DNA of 64,000 nt. Origin: Tricharina praecox. Its lineage: Eukaryota. The position numbers and the translations under genes are program-made. This document shows positions 36,229-47,343 of the stretch, one piece after another. The notes under the pieces are model-generated. The model was given only the letters and a program-made list of their open reading frames with translations. It made no database searches and had not been told where the DNA came from. The stretch is from the NCBI RefSeq assembly GCF_024521635.1, contig NW_026250431.1, forward strand, positions 372,001 to 436,000. Direction: 5' to 3'. Positions within the stretch are counted from its first letter, which is position 1, and each line of letters starts with the position of its first letter.

Positions 36229-36974
36229 AGGGCAGGCCAGGGGCACCGATTAGCTGGTCTCACTCGCGGTGGTGGCTCTCTTTGGCGTGGACCGTCGTGA
36301 TCTACTTAGGTCCATAGATACGTCAATAAAGTGATTTCTACCCTGGCTGTGCGGTCCGAACGATTCTTTGGCCAGGCTAAGGCTCAGGACGGATTGTGAA
36401 GAGAGACCTGGCTACCAAAGACGATCCCGATGGGTCTATGGATTCACGATCGACGGGTGGCCAGAAGATGGTCTCCATCGGCCGGTTCCAAGCTCTGTGA
36501 CAGAATGCAACAGAATGCATGCAGATGCATCGAACCTCGCAGAGAGGGAGCAGCAAGCTGGGACTCCTGTGTCCCTGAAGGGTCCAAGGCAGCCATGACG
36601 ACGAATGGTGTGATGGTGCACTCGGACGGTGCGAAGGGAGCAAAGGCGGGCTGTTTTTCCAGCGAGTACAGTCAGTCTTGGTGGGCCGAGTAGGAGGCGG
36701 CAGGCTTGATCTGGAAGACTGTACAGATTGTTGGCGAAATTGTATGAAGGCTTCCTAGATTAAGTAGCAAGTTAGGGCTAGCTGGCCAGCACGATCGGCA
36801 GTATAAGTACCCCTCTACCTCCCCGTGAACTCCCGTCACCCGTTTCTTCTCCTCCAATCTACCTACCTCTCTTGCTGCATTGAAGTTGACAATCCCCATC
36901 CATCCTATCCTGCCTGAAGGTACGACCCGGATCTTCAACGAATACAGCATACCCCGTAGGAATTGATTAGATAC

Positions 36975-37625
36975 CTCCTCTCCATTTCAGTCATTTCTCC
37001 TCCTCTCCTCTCCCCCTCTCTTCCCGTCCTCCTCCATTACAGTCGTCTTCCTCGTTACCCCCGGTTCATGGCGATCTTAAGGGAGACAACCTTAAGGGAG
37101 ACAACAATCCTCTCGGATCAGTCATTCGCCTCTGCTCTTTCGGGTCAGTCATTATCCTTCCTTCTCACCCCCTCTCCTCCGCCCCTCTCTCCTCCCCTCT
37201 CTCCTCCCCTCCTCTTCTCCATTTCAGTCGTTATCCTCCTCATCACCGGTTCCTAACGGCCTCAAAGGAGACATCAACGGTCCCAGACAGAAGTAAGGGA
37301 GACAACAATCCTCTCGGTTCAGTCATTCTCCTCTACTCTCTCAGGTCAGTCATTCTCTCCTCCCTTCCCCTCCTCCCTTCCATTCTAGTCATCTTCCTCT
37401 TTGTCACCAGGTCCTGACGGCTTCCAGGGAGACAATAATGCTCATAAAAAGTTACAGACAGCCCGAAGGAAGACAATAATCCTTTCGGCTCAGTAATTCT
37501 TCTCTCTCCGGTCAGTCATTATCCCCTTCTGCCCTCCTACCCTTCTCCTCTCCATTTCAGTAATTTTCCTCCTCGTTACTGGTTACTGACAGCCTTAATC
37601 CAGATAACAGTCCTCATAAACGAGT
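36975..37625. repeat. Pyrimidine-rich degenerate tandem repeat, ~3 units of ~200 bp
   Basis: GAGACAACAATCCTCTCGG.TCAGTCATTC recurs near 37078, 37299 and 37470; CTCCATTTCAGT near 36978, 37217 and 37550. Confidence 0.85.
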
Positions 37626-37643
37626 TACCACCACCCAGCGACG

Positions 37644-38467
37644 ATGCCGTATTACGGACAAGGCCTCTGGATCAAGCCCTTCCTCGGGTACGCGGGCGGG
37701 GACATCGATGATTTTCTCCAAGAAGTGGAGAGTGTTTCCAGGGAGCTTGAACAATGGATTCCTAAACGCCAAATGTACAAAACAAAGCGTGGCCTACTTA
37801 TGGATAATCTGGGAGGCGAGGCCAAGAGATTCTTCAGATCCTTGAGGCACGAGACATCTTCAAACTTCAGAGGCTCACGGCCGCTCTCCGCCAGCAGTTC
37901 CCCACTGAGCTAGTTGATCTCAAGCAGTTCGTCAGCATCGCCGAGCTGAAACAGCACCACGAGGAGTCCGTCAATCAGTACCTCTTTCGTTGCAAGAAAA
38001 TTGCTGAGCAGGTTGGAGACGACCCCAAGCTGATGGATGTCCTTGCTTATAAGACGATGGCCGGGCTGCGTGGCGGATCGCTCCGCGAAAAAGTCCAGTG
38101 CACTGTCGGAGATGAGCACGGCAGCGGCCGCCCATTGCGGAGCGACGTCCTACGCGTCATGGGATATCTAAGCGGGAGTGGCATGGTCGGCGCGGATGTT
38201 CCCCCGTCGAGTGTCGATAGGGGTGCTGTCTCTGGCTTCGGTGAGCAGGTTGCGAGTGGAGTGGCAATCCATAATGAGCACGACAACGGCGACCAGGAGG
38301 AGGGTGATGGAGCCGTTGGTACCGGCGGGCTGGACAGAACCGAGTTAAGCAGTGACGATGGACTGACGCTGGAGGGGCTCCACTTGTCGGAGGGGGCCTT
38401 CAACCCACAGGTCCCAGGACCCGCGCAACTGGACGGTCGCTACGGTTCAATGACTCAACAGGCTTAG
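37644..38467 (+). mobile_element. Ty3/gypsy-like Gag (capsid) coding relic with one frameshift near 37870
   Basis: IKPFLG...DIDDFLQEVE...LMDNLGGEAKRFF, then in a shifted frame LTAALRQQFP...LKQHHEESVNQYLFRCKKIA...AGLR..LREKV. This has the retrotransposon gag L.G.A..WF and Q...ESV..Y..RF patterns. No pol or LTRs seen. Confidence 0.65.
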
Positions 38468-40194
38468 GTGGCTGGGCGCATGGTGTACCCGCCGCATCGG
38501 AACGTCCATCACTATGGATCCATCCATCACCCGGACCAGTATACTGGATTCATGCTTTCCCCTCCGCATTGGGACGTCAATCTCTATAGCGGAATTCAGC
38601 CACTGTGCCAGTATGCGGGACACATGTTGTTGCCTCAGCATCGGGACGGTCGATTCAGTATGAGGCTCAGCCTTTTAGGCGGATGGTTGGCCCACCTGTG
38701 CCGATAGTCCACAGCTCTAGCAATCGTCAACGTCGTGCTGGCCGACGGGAGGCTCTAATGAGGGGCTTCGCTCCGGCACCGTGATTCCATGTACTAACGG
38801 AAGGTGTCTCCGTATGATGCTAGCCTGCCATGTCCAGGCTTCGTTTGCGTTGAAATTGTTCTGTCTTTCCGTCTTGTTATTCCGTCTTATTGTTCCGTCT
38901 TGTGGTTCCGTCTTGTGGTTCCATCTTGTGGTTTCGTCTTGTTGCGTCCTTATTGTTCCATCTCTTTTCTGTTGTTCAGTCTCTGTTGTGTCTTTTCTGT
39001 CGTTCATTTCTTCCGAGCTGGTTCTGTTGTTCTGATGCTTCTATTTTGTCGATGCTTTTATTCTTCTATTGCTGCTTCTCTTCCCAGCTAGTTTTGTTGT
39101 TCTGCTTCTGTTGTCGGTCTCTTCCGAGATGGTTCTGTTGTTCCGTTGCGTCTGTTATTCTGTAGCTCGATGCGTTTCCTTTCTGCATGCTTTGATACCA
39201 TTGATAACCGTGAGAGGGAGAGAGCAGTGAGGGATAGAGAGATGGCGGTCTGTACAGTAGTGCGATGGTTGTGATGGCGGAAAAGTTTACGTGTACAATA
39301 GATTGATGATGATTGTATTACACTTCAACTTGACAATCCCCATGAGTGACCCACACCGACACCACGAGGAGCCAGCAAGATGCTTCAGCACAGTCGACAC
39401 GACCGTAAAGAGATGGAGACTCGGGAAGAAGACAAAATGGAGACTCAGGCAGGAGTCGAGCTGGAGACTGAGACAGAAGGAAGATAAGGAGTTCGACTCG
39501 GAGAAGAACCAAGAGGCTGAGCCGAAGAAAGGACCCGGAGAAAAGACTCGGAGGAAGACCAGGAGTCCGAGCCGGAGGAAGACCAGGAGTCCTAGCCGGA
39601 GGCCGACCCGGAGAAGGACCAGGAGGCCAGAGAAATTCTAGGAGGCAGAACCGGAGAAGGACCAGGCGAAAGGACTCGGGGAAAGTCCAGGAGGCCAACC
39701 GGACAAAGGATCCGAAGAAGATCAGGAGGACGACCCAGAGAAAGATCGAGGCTCGCAGCCTTCGCCTCTAGACGGGCTGCCTCCACCACGGTGCCTACGA
39801 CTAGCGCCGCCGGCGGTGACAATCCGCTGAATGAGAAAGATATACTCGGTCTTCCGGAGGAAGCACCTACCTATATACGTCGAAGACCGAGTTGCGCTAC
39901 CGCCACTGCAAAGGCTGGCCCAAGGAATAGTGCAAGGAAATCAGCCAGGGCAGCCAGAGAGAGACAGGGCGAGATGACATACTTTGGTCACGGAAAGAGC
40001 GATAGCAGATCTATGGGTGCAGTACAAGTTTAAAGGCGGTTAATCTCTTGATGCTCTCCAGAGCTTCAAATTATGCCACGAGGAGCCTGCAAGATGCTTC
40101 AGCATACCGGTAGTCGACACGAACGCTGCCCCTCGCACTACAAATGCTTCCTCTCCTCGCCATCGAAATCCCGGCTACCACCGCTCACTAAACT

Positions 40195-40593
40195 ATGGAA
40201 CCTAGATGCAGCTTCCTAGTGCCTCCCGAGATCACGCTCGACATCATCGATGCCCTTCCAGGAATCCACGAGTACCTAGACTTACGGGGCACATCACGGA
40301 CGATCCGGGCAATCTGCGACCTAGTCTCACTCGCCGCTCTACGTCGGTTGCTGCTGAAGAGTGTGTTGAGAGTGAGAGCTCGATCGCGGCAACGCCGGGA
40401 GACCTCTTTCATGGGATGGCTGTCCCGGCTGTCCCTGCGGTTGTGCGCGGCCGGCTTCATGTTGGGCAATGATACGCAGCGGAGGTTTTGCGCGGTGCTG
40501 GGTAGGGAGATCGATCAGGCGCTGTGGCTGCGGTTGCGGGGGAGGTATGAGGAGGTCATAGTGATGCATGATTGGCGATCGCGGGGTATATAG
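40195..40593 (+). CDS. F-box-like small protein, intact copy B (132 aa)
   Basis: Open frame MEPRCSFLVPPEITLDIIDALPGIHEYLDLRGTSRTIRAICD...; paralogous to 10508-10885 and 40731-41071. Confidence 0.55.
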   Translation: MEPRCSFLVPPEITLDIIDALPGIHEYLDLRGTSRTIRAICDLVSLAALRRLLLKSVLRVRARSRQRRETSFMGWLSRLSLRLCAAGFMLGNDTQRRFCAVLGREIDQALWLRLRGRYEEVIVMHDWRSRGI

Positions 40594-40730
40594 GGTAGCT
40601 AGTAGTGTCAAGGACTCATGGAAAGTCTCCCTCGTGTGCCTCGCGTACATCTTGGCTGTTAATCCTGACTCGTCTTCCTCACTTCATCTTGACTCTCCCG
40701 CCTCACGTCGTCTTGACTCTTCTGCCCAGA

Positions 40731-41071
40731 CCCTTACTCTCGAGATCATCGATGCCCTTCCAGAAATCCACGAGTACCTAGACCTCCGGGGCACATCACG
40801 GACGATCCGAGAAATCTACGACCTAGTTTCACTAGCCGTTCTACGCCGGTTGCTGCTAAAGAGCATGCTGAGAGTGCGATCGCGGCGACGCGGGGAGACC
40901 GCTTTCTTTGAATGGATGTGCCGGCTGAGTCAGCGGTTGTGCGCGGCCGGCTTCATGCCGGGAAAATATACGCAACAGGCGTTTTGCGCGGTGCTCGGCA
41001 GGGAAATAGACCAGGCGTTGTTCCTGATGCACACTTGGTGGTTGTGGGGTATATATAGTAGCTGGCTATAG
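40731..41071 (+). pseudogene. F-box-like copy C, 5'-truncated tandem duplicate
   Basis: Homology starts at TLEIIDALPEIHEYLDLRGTSR without the MEPR..PPEI start; the 3' flank (GTCAAGGACTCA..GAA.GTCTCC) is duplicated as well. Confidence 0.6.
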
Positions 41072-41129
41072 TTATAGTAGTAGCGTCAAGGACTCAAGGA
41101 AGGTCTCCACCGTGTGTCTCGCGTAGTTA

Positions 41130-41885
41130 CATCTTGACCACATCCTCTTGACTCTTTAGCCCCGCGTACTTCATCTTGACTCTTCTACCCCACACCGTCT
41201 TGACCTTTCAGTGCTCACGTCTGGACTCTTCAGTCCCACGCACATCATCCGGACTCTTCTGCCTCACCTCATCTGGACTCTTCTGCCCCATATCGTCTCG
41301 ATTCTTCCGCCCCATATCATCTCGATTCTTCTGCCGCACGCATATCACATGATCCCTCTGGACTGCTTAGCTCATCCCTGGCTGAAGCATGACTAATCAG
41401 ATTCAACGTCACCTGCCGCTGACCACCGCCCTGAATCGTGCCGATCAAACGCGCCGGTGTAACATCACGAGTTCCTTGCTGATCGTGCGCATTCCATGCC
41501 ACCTCCGGCCGGATTCAAGCAACCCTCCCAAGTCCCAACCAACGAATTCAATGCAACTCTCGCAGCGAATTCCAGAATCTTCCATTCCAAGCTCCTCCCA
41601 GTCGCACGGAATCCCTCCCTCTTAACTAACTCAATTCAACCAACCCACCCTCCGAACCCAACGCAGCATCCCTCCCATCAACGCCGCGAATCCACCCACC
41701 CACCAGAACCCCCACAATCCAACGGGCCCCCGCTAATCGCCCAGAATCCCCACAATCGAACCGCGCCGCCGCTAATCGCCCGAAATCCCCACAATCGAAC
41801 GGGCTGCCGCTAATCGCCCAGAATTCCCCGCAATCACTCGCCCCCATCCCCTGAACTCCTCCAGAATCCCCCGCTATCACTCGCA
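41130..41885. repeat. Two short-period arrays: ~24-bp CATCTTGACTCTT-like units (41130-41340) and ~39-bp CCGCTAATCGCCCAGAATCCCCACAATC units (41700-41885)
   Basis: Read directly. Confidence 0.8.
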
Positions 41886-41949
41886 TCCTCCCCCCGGATT
41901 CGAATCTTGATTCTTCCCCGAGGCCCTGAGTCTACACCAGCACCACACC

Positions 41950-42807
41950 ATGCCTGTGCACGGCATAGTCCCGAGGCCGCTTCGGTCCGCCGCGACGACG
42001 CCTGCGCCCGCCACAGTCCCCAGGCCGCTTAGGTCACGCGCGATGACGATACCCGCGCCCGCCAACGTCTCCCGGCCTCTTCGGCCCCGCGCGCCGATGT
42101 CCGAGCCCGCCAATTTCTCTCGGCCGCTCCGGTCCCGCGCTCCGAAACCCAAGCCCAAGCCCGCAATGATCCCGCGGCCTTTGCGGTCGCTCACGACGAT
42201 CGAGTCGCGCGAGCACCACCGACGGATGGCGAGCTTTCTCGCGCACAGCTGGACGATGGGTGAGCTTCTAGACGCGCGGGCGCAGCGGCTCGAGTACATC
42301 GTCGAGCTGGAGGCGGAGCTCAAGGTCCGCGACGAGGATATCCGCGTCAAGAGCGATTTGGCGAATTTCAAGAATTCGGCGTATACAGAGGCGTGTGACG
42401 CGCGTAATCAGGTGTTTGCCATGCTCAGGGCGGCCTACACGCAGGACTCCACGGCGTATTTTGCCGCCAGCAGGAGGTTCCATGATGTTAAGGCGAATGC
42501 GAGGGACCTGGCGGACTGGGGGTCCCAGGTCCAGGATAGGCTCAATGATGATACTATCTATAATAGGATGCAGGCTACCCTGAAGAGCTGCAAGGACGTG
42601 GTCAAGAAGTGTGAAGATGAAGAAGAAGATAAGGCCAAGGGTCCGATGCCCAAAGGTACGCTGGCCAGTTGTTCATCAATCGGTTTCTTTCCAGTGCTGA
42701 TCAAAGTCAGGTCTTCTCTAGGTAGCATGGAGATACCAATGTTTTTTTTCGGTTCAGGTCATCGTGAGCTGTCCATTTGGTTGTTCACCAATGGTCTCCA
42801 ATGCTGA
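41950..42807 (+). CDS. Orphan protein with five RPLR(S/P) repeats and a coiled-coil-like region; 3' end uncertain
   Basis: Strong start context (CACACCATG) and GC3-rich codons to ~42655, where a possible donor AAG/GTACGC sits and the sequence turns into ~105-bp repeats. Confidence 0.55.
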   Translation: MPVHGIVPRPLRSAATTPAPATVPRPLRSRAMTIPAPANVSRPLRPRAPMSEPANFSRPLRSRAPKPKPKPAMIPRPLRSLTTIESREHHRRMASFLAHSWTMGELLDARAQRLEYIVELEAELKVRDEDIRVKSDLANFKNSAYTEACDARNQVFAMLRAAYTQDSTAYFAASRRFHDVKANARDLADWGSQVQDRLNDDTIYNRMQATLKSCKDVVKKCEDEEEDKAKGPMPKGTLASCSSIGFFPVLIKVRSSLGSMEIPMFFFGSGHRELSIWLFTNGLQC

Positions 42808-43185
42808 CCAGAGTCAGATCTTCTTTACGCGGCATAGGAATACGTTTTTGGTTCGGGTCATTGGGAGTACTCCAGTTCTCATCCATCATCCATAATCCAT
42901 GGCTTCCAATGCTGATCGAAGACAGGTCTTCTTTGGGACGCATAGGGATGTGTTTTTCGGTTTGATTCGGGTCTTTGCGCGCTGATTTGTTTGTTTGTTC
43001 GATTGCAATTGCAGTCAATGGCTACGGTTCTGTCCGAGGGGAAGATGGCATCACTAATCACGGAGGTGGACCGTGGATTTCAGTACCTCTTCGGGGAGAA
43101 GGCTTGATTTGTTCATTTGATCTGTTTTGTTCATTTGATCTGTTTTGTTCATTTGATCTGTTTTGTTCATTTGATCTGTTTTCTT
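42660..43185. repeat. Three ~115-bp degenerate repeats followed by (GTTCATTTGATCTGTTTT)x4
   Basis: TCCA(G/A)TGCTGA...CAG.TCTTCT at ~42690, 42797 and 42905; 18-bp unit at 43110-43182. Confidence 0.85.
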
Positions 43186-44085
43186 TTCTTTTCTTGTCCT
43201 GATCAACAGGAAACAAAATAAACTACCTAGATATCCATAGCACATACGACATCTTATGGACCATGCCCGGATCCGTTTTCAGAATACCATCTCGGACCCC
43301 ACCACCTCGGGATTCCCCAGGACCCACGCCCGCCAGCTCACTACGTGGCGTCGTGGCGTCCAATCCAGCGGTGTCGAGCGCACGAACAAAAGGAAGCAAT
43401 GCCACTGCATCGCGATTCAGCGGGATACAGCCTATGGGGCAAAGTTCCAACATGAAATACCCACCATGGTCCATGGTTTTTCACAGATCGTGCCTATTCA
43501 CCGCGTCTAACTCTGCCAGGTTACGGGCACGAGCGGAAGGATTCACCGCTATGGTATGTATGTAGTATGTACAGCTTTCCCCGCGATGTGGTCTGTGTGC
43601 ATGTGGGAATGTGGAATGTGGGGATGTGTAGGTTTCATCATTCCATGTGAAGGGGGTGAAGGGGGGGTAAAAATGCCAGTGCGAGGGGAAGCTGGAGATG
43701 CCACTTCGATGGGGGATGGGGAGGCTGCGAACAGGAGTCGAACTTCCGCCTGCGCACCGAAAGACAAATGATGTACATAAACCACATCGACGAGAGTAGC
43801 ATACACGTTACATAGCATCCTGATGAGCTCGCGCCATGAGTCCGGCTCCGAGAGAGCCGTCCCGAGAGACCCTCAATCGTCGCAACGGCCCCCTTACGCT
43901 CCATCAGCGCTTGCCTTGATGCTGGCTGTCTCGGCTTGTTCCTCGTTCATGGAGAAAACTGCAAGCACAAGGTGATCCTTTTATTCCCGTATATAGAACA
44001 AAACCCAACTTTTCCAATTCCCGAAAAACACGAATGCAAAGCATCGCAAATGATCCGTTGATTATCTCTATTTCCAAGCCCAGAT

Positions 44086-45363
44086 CTACTTCTTCCTCGT
44101 CCTCCTGACCTCATTCGGATTTTTCCCCCGTCCCGCACCGACCCTAATGGCGCTTCCTCTCCTCCTATTCCCCGTGAGAATCGCCGGCAAATAATCAGGA
44201 TCCAGCAGATCCTTCTCCTTCCTGTAGCCCTCCCACTTGACGGCGCGCTGGTACTCCTTCTGGTCCTCCCTTAGCACGGGCGCATCGGGCACGCCCTTCA
44301 TAGAAGCCGTTCCAGCGACAGGTTTCGGGATGGCGAAGACGTTTCCGCGGACGTTGTGCTGGAAGTTCCTCTTCAGGTGGAGTTTGAAGACGCCATCGGC
44401 GTCGGTGGAGCATCCTACGCGGCGCAGGGTGTCTCCAGCACCGCACCGCGGGCAGAAGTGGGTGACGCCGGTGGGGTTGCGGATGACGAAGAAGCAGCCG
44501 TGGCAGCGCAGGACGGTGGAGCGCACGTTCTTGATGCGCATCAGCGACGTGGGCGACAGCAGGTGCAGGTTCATCTGCAGTAAAACGTTCTGCATGGCGA
44601 AATCGGTGGTCGCTAGTGCCACGGTGAGTTTTTCGTCGCCGGCGGATTGCGCGGCTGGTATGGGGTTCACGTGCCGGTGAAGGTTCGACGGTGTGATCCA
44701 GCCGTCAGAGTCGTCCGAGTCTTCCGAGTCAGAGGCTTCGACTTCTTGCATGCTCTCGGGCTGGTGCAGTTCGTCCACCACCAGGTCTTCCACCAGTTGC
44801 TCCTCCAACTTCTCGACATCCTCGGCCGCCGCCTCAATAGTCTCCGCCTCCTTCGCCTCGCCCTCCTTCAGCTCCTCCCCCTTCGCCACCTCCTTGCTCT
44901 CCCCCTCAACCTCCCCATCCTTCCCAACAATCTTCCCCTCCCACCCCCACCCCTCCGGCAACGGCCCATTCAGCTCCTTACTCGGCGCATTCCTGATCCT
45001 CCAATCACCACCTGCGACCTCGAGCTCGACCTCATACGCCAGGGCGATGAGTCCCATATCGGTCTTACTCAAGGTGGCAAAGTCGCCCGTCTTCTTTGCA
45101 AAATCCGCCACGAACTTGAGACTCTCCGCGCGCGGCGAGCGTACGGCAACAAAGGGCTTCCATAGCGTGTCGAAGCGGGCGCGCGCGGACTTGTCGCGGA
45201 TCTCCTCGAGCACAGCCGGAGTGGTTAGAATGCGGTCGGCGGAAGAAAGGTAGTAGCTCGGCGCTGAGGACGCGGTCAGGATCGGACCCGTGTCGATGAT
45301 CAGTGTGTTCACTGCTTTCGCCGTGGGAATGGGCCCTGGGGTGGGCGTGGCGAGACTCGTCAT
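44086..45363 (-). CDS. NOB1: 20S pre-rRNA D-site endonuclease Nob1
   Basis: PIN domain (LIIDTGP, EIRD, TGDFATLSKTD), GWITPSN, TTDFAMQNVLLQMNL, Zn ribbon LRCHGCF...FCPRCG; intronless, 425 aa. Confidence 0.96.
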   Translation of the reverse strand: MTSLATPTPGPIPTAKAVNTLIIDTGPILTASSAPSYYLSSADRILTTPAVLEEIRDKSARARFDTLWKPFVAVRSPRAESLKFVADFAKKTGDFATLSKTDMGLIALAYEVELEVAGGDWRIRNAPSKELNGPLPEGWGWEGKIVGKDGEVEGESKEVAKGEELKEGEAKEAETIEAAAEDVEKLEEQLVEDLVVDELHQPESMQEVEASDSEDSDDSDGWITPSNLHRHVNPIPAAQSAGDEKLTVALATTDFAMQNVLLQMNLHLLSPTSLMRIKNVRSTVLRCHGCFFVIRNPTGVTHFCPRCGAGDTLRRVGCSTDADGVFKLHLKRNFQHNVRGNVFAIPKPVAGTASMKGVPDAPVLREDQKEYQRAVKWEGYRKEKDLLDPDYLPAILTGNRRRGSAIRVGAGRGKNPNEVRRTRKK

Positions 45364-47343
45364 CGTGTAGTTGGCGGGAACAGTGTAAATGTCGTTTTTG
45401 TGTGAGTGGGTTCGCGGGTGCAGAGGTTGCAGAGGTTGCAGAGGTTCGCTCGGTGCGCCGAGTGGGTTGGTGGGTTGGTGGGTTGGTGGGGTACTGCAGT
45501 GGGGCTATCTAAACTTTTAAGCGTGGTTCCAGAATTTCTAGCGAGCCCATAGACACGTGATAAAGACTGTCATGTAGCTACATACAGGGCCCAGGCTCGC
45601 ACTCGTTCACCGATAACTACCGCTTGCGCAATATATCACTCGGGTCGTGTATTAAAGTACCGGGATGGAGGGGCGTCAAGTGGAGGTCACTCCCGCTGCT
45701 CCTCCCCACGCCCTCCTTCATAGCACTTCCTGATGAAGAGGCAGAGGCGAGGCGGGGCAAGGAGCGGAATTTGTCTTCTCCTAGTGATATTTCCTTTGTA
45801 AGCCGGCTTTTGGCCTGGCTGGAAATTCCAAGTCTGGATCGTGATTCCAAGCCCGGCTGACAATCCAAGCCAGACAAAAGCAGCCTACCCGAATGAGTTC
45901 TAATGATTCCAGCATCAAGCTGAATGCGATCCTTTGAATATCAAACCTCCATCGCCCAACACCCATCAACCACACTCCACCTCACTACCCACCCCTCTAC
46001 TCTTACTGCTATTCTCCCTCTCAGCCGTTGGGAAACATTCCCATTCATCTCTTTCTCGTTCGACTGTTTTATTCACCTGAGCTCCTCCCCGCTGCTGGAG
46101 CATCCGCTGCCGCACCTGTTTGTAGCAGTACCCTATCAAACAGCATGTGAGCATTATTGAAGATTCCAAGTGGAGACTGTTCGCTCACACTTCCAGGTAC
46201 AATAGGTACATAGAACTTACGCGCGCTGCAAGACTACTGGAAGGTCAACGGACAAAGCTGTGGGACCTCTGTTGAAAGAGCACTTCTTCAGTAAAGTTGG
46301 CATCATCCCACTCTATGCGGATCAATTCAAACAACTGCGTGTACAGTGGACTGTATGCTCGCATATAAGCTTTGCTCAAGTGGTGGGCATGGAATGTAGC
46401 TTCTTCTTCGTGTCCTCGTGGTCCAGAAGGTTGCCCACTCCATGTGATGCCAACCTAAATCCGTGATGCGCGGTTCTTGGTATGACACATAACTCTATTG
46501 CTTCTCGGTGTGATACATTACTCTAATGCCTCGGTGTCGGCCGGGGACAGTAGGGCTCACTGGAATCTCCAGCGCCCACATCGACCGGATTCCAGACGCG
46601 GGGAACCCTCCTATAGCCCGGGACCCATACTCATGCAGATTGCGCCTGACGGTTGCGGGGCATCTGTGAGGTATGACAATGCTACCATGGGGTGGCGGTG
46701 GGGTTGCGTGTGAACCCAGGACTGGAATCTGGGGCTAATTCAATCGCAAGCTACATACCCAGGAAAAGCGGGATGATCGTTCACATCGTGGGGCGCTGGC
46801 TCCCTTCTTTCGAGATCTGCGTCGAGGGACGAGCTTCGAGAACGAGTGGCAGTGTTCCTCGTGGCTGTGTTTGCCACCATGCCCATGCGCCTCGGTCGTA
46901 CATGTTGCCGAGGTAACTACTATGGGCAGCGCACTTTCAGCTGCTTCCACGCGGAAGAAAACCTGCTCCCTGTGCTCGGGCTCGGCAAATCATGTCGAGG
47001 GCACTCTCGCCTCCCCTCTTCTCGACCTTCAAAACTTTTCTCCGGAGAAAAAAACGAACGCCCGCAACAATTACGGACCGGTTCCGACAGCGAAAAAAGG
47101 AGAGCCTGTGGAACGAAAGCGGACGATAATCCAACACACTTCAAAGAGACGGCAACAGAAGGGGCGATACTCTAGATTATTATTAATCCCGGGAATTCGA
47201 AAACCTGCCGAGCGAGAGGAGCTACTGACAGGATTTCCCTGTCCAGCTTAGTGACGACGGTCAGTTGCTGCCACTCGCGCCATCAACAAACCGCTCCGCA
47301 CCGCCCCCCCAAAAACCCCAACCACTCACAGCTTCTATCCCTG

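Noticed and set aside
36400..36720. LINE RT/RNase H relic (VHSDGAKG...WAE)
   Set aside because: Only a weak DG and AE resemblance, with stops and no supporting motif.
46538..46745. SRP RNA, RNase P or RNase MRP gene
   Set aside because: The 5' part resembles an Alu domain superficially, but no SRP helix-8 motif or correct P4 pairing was found.
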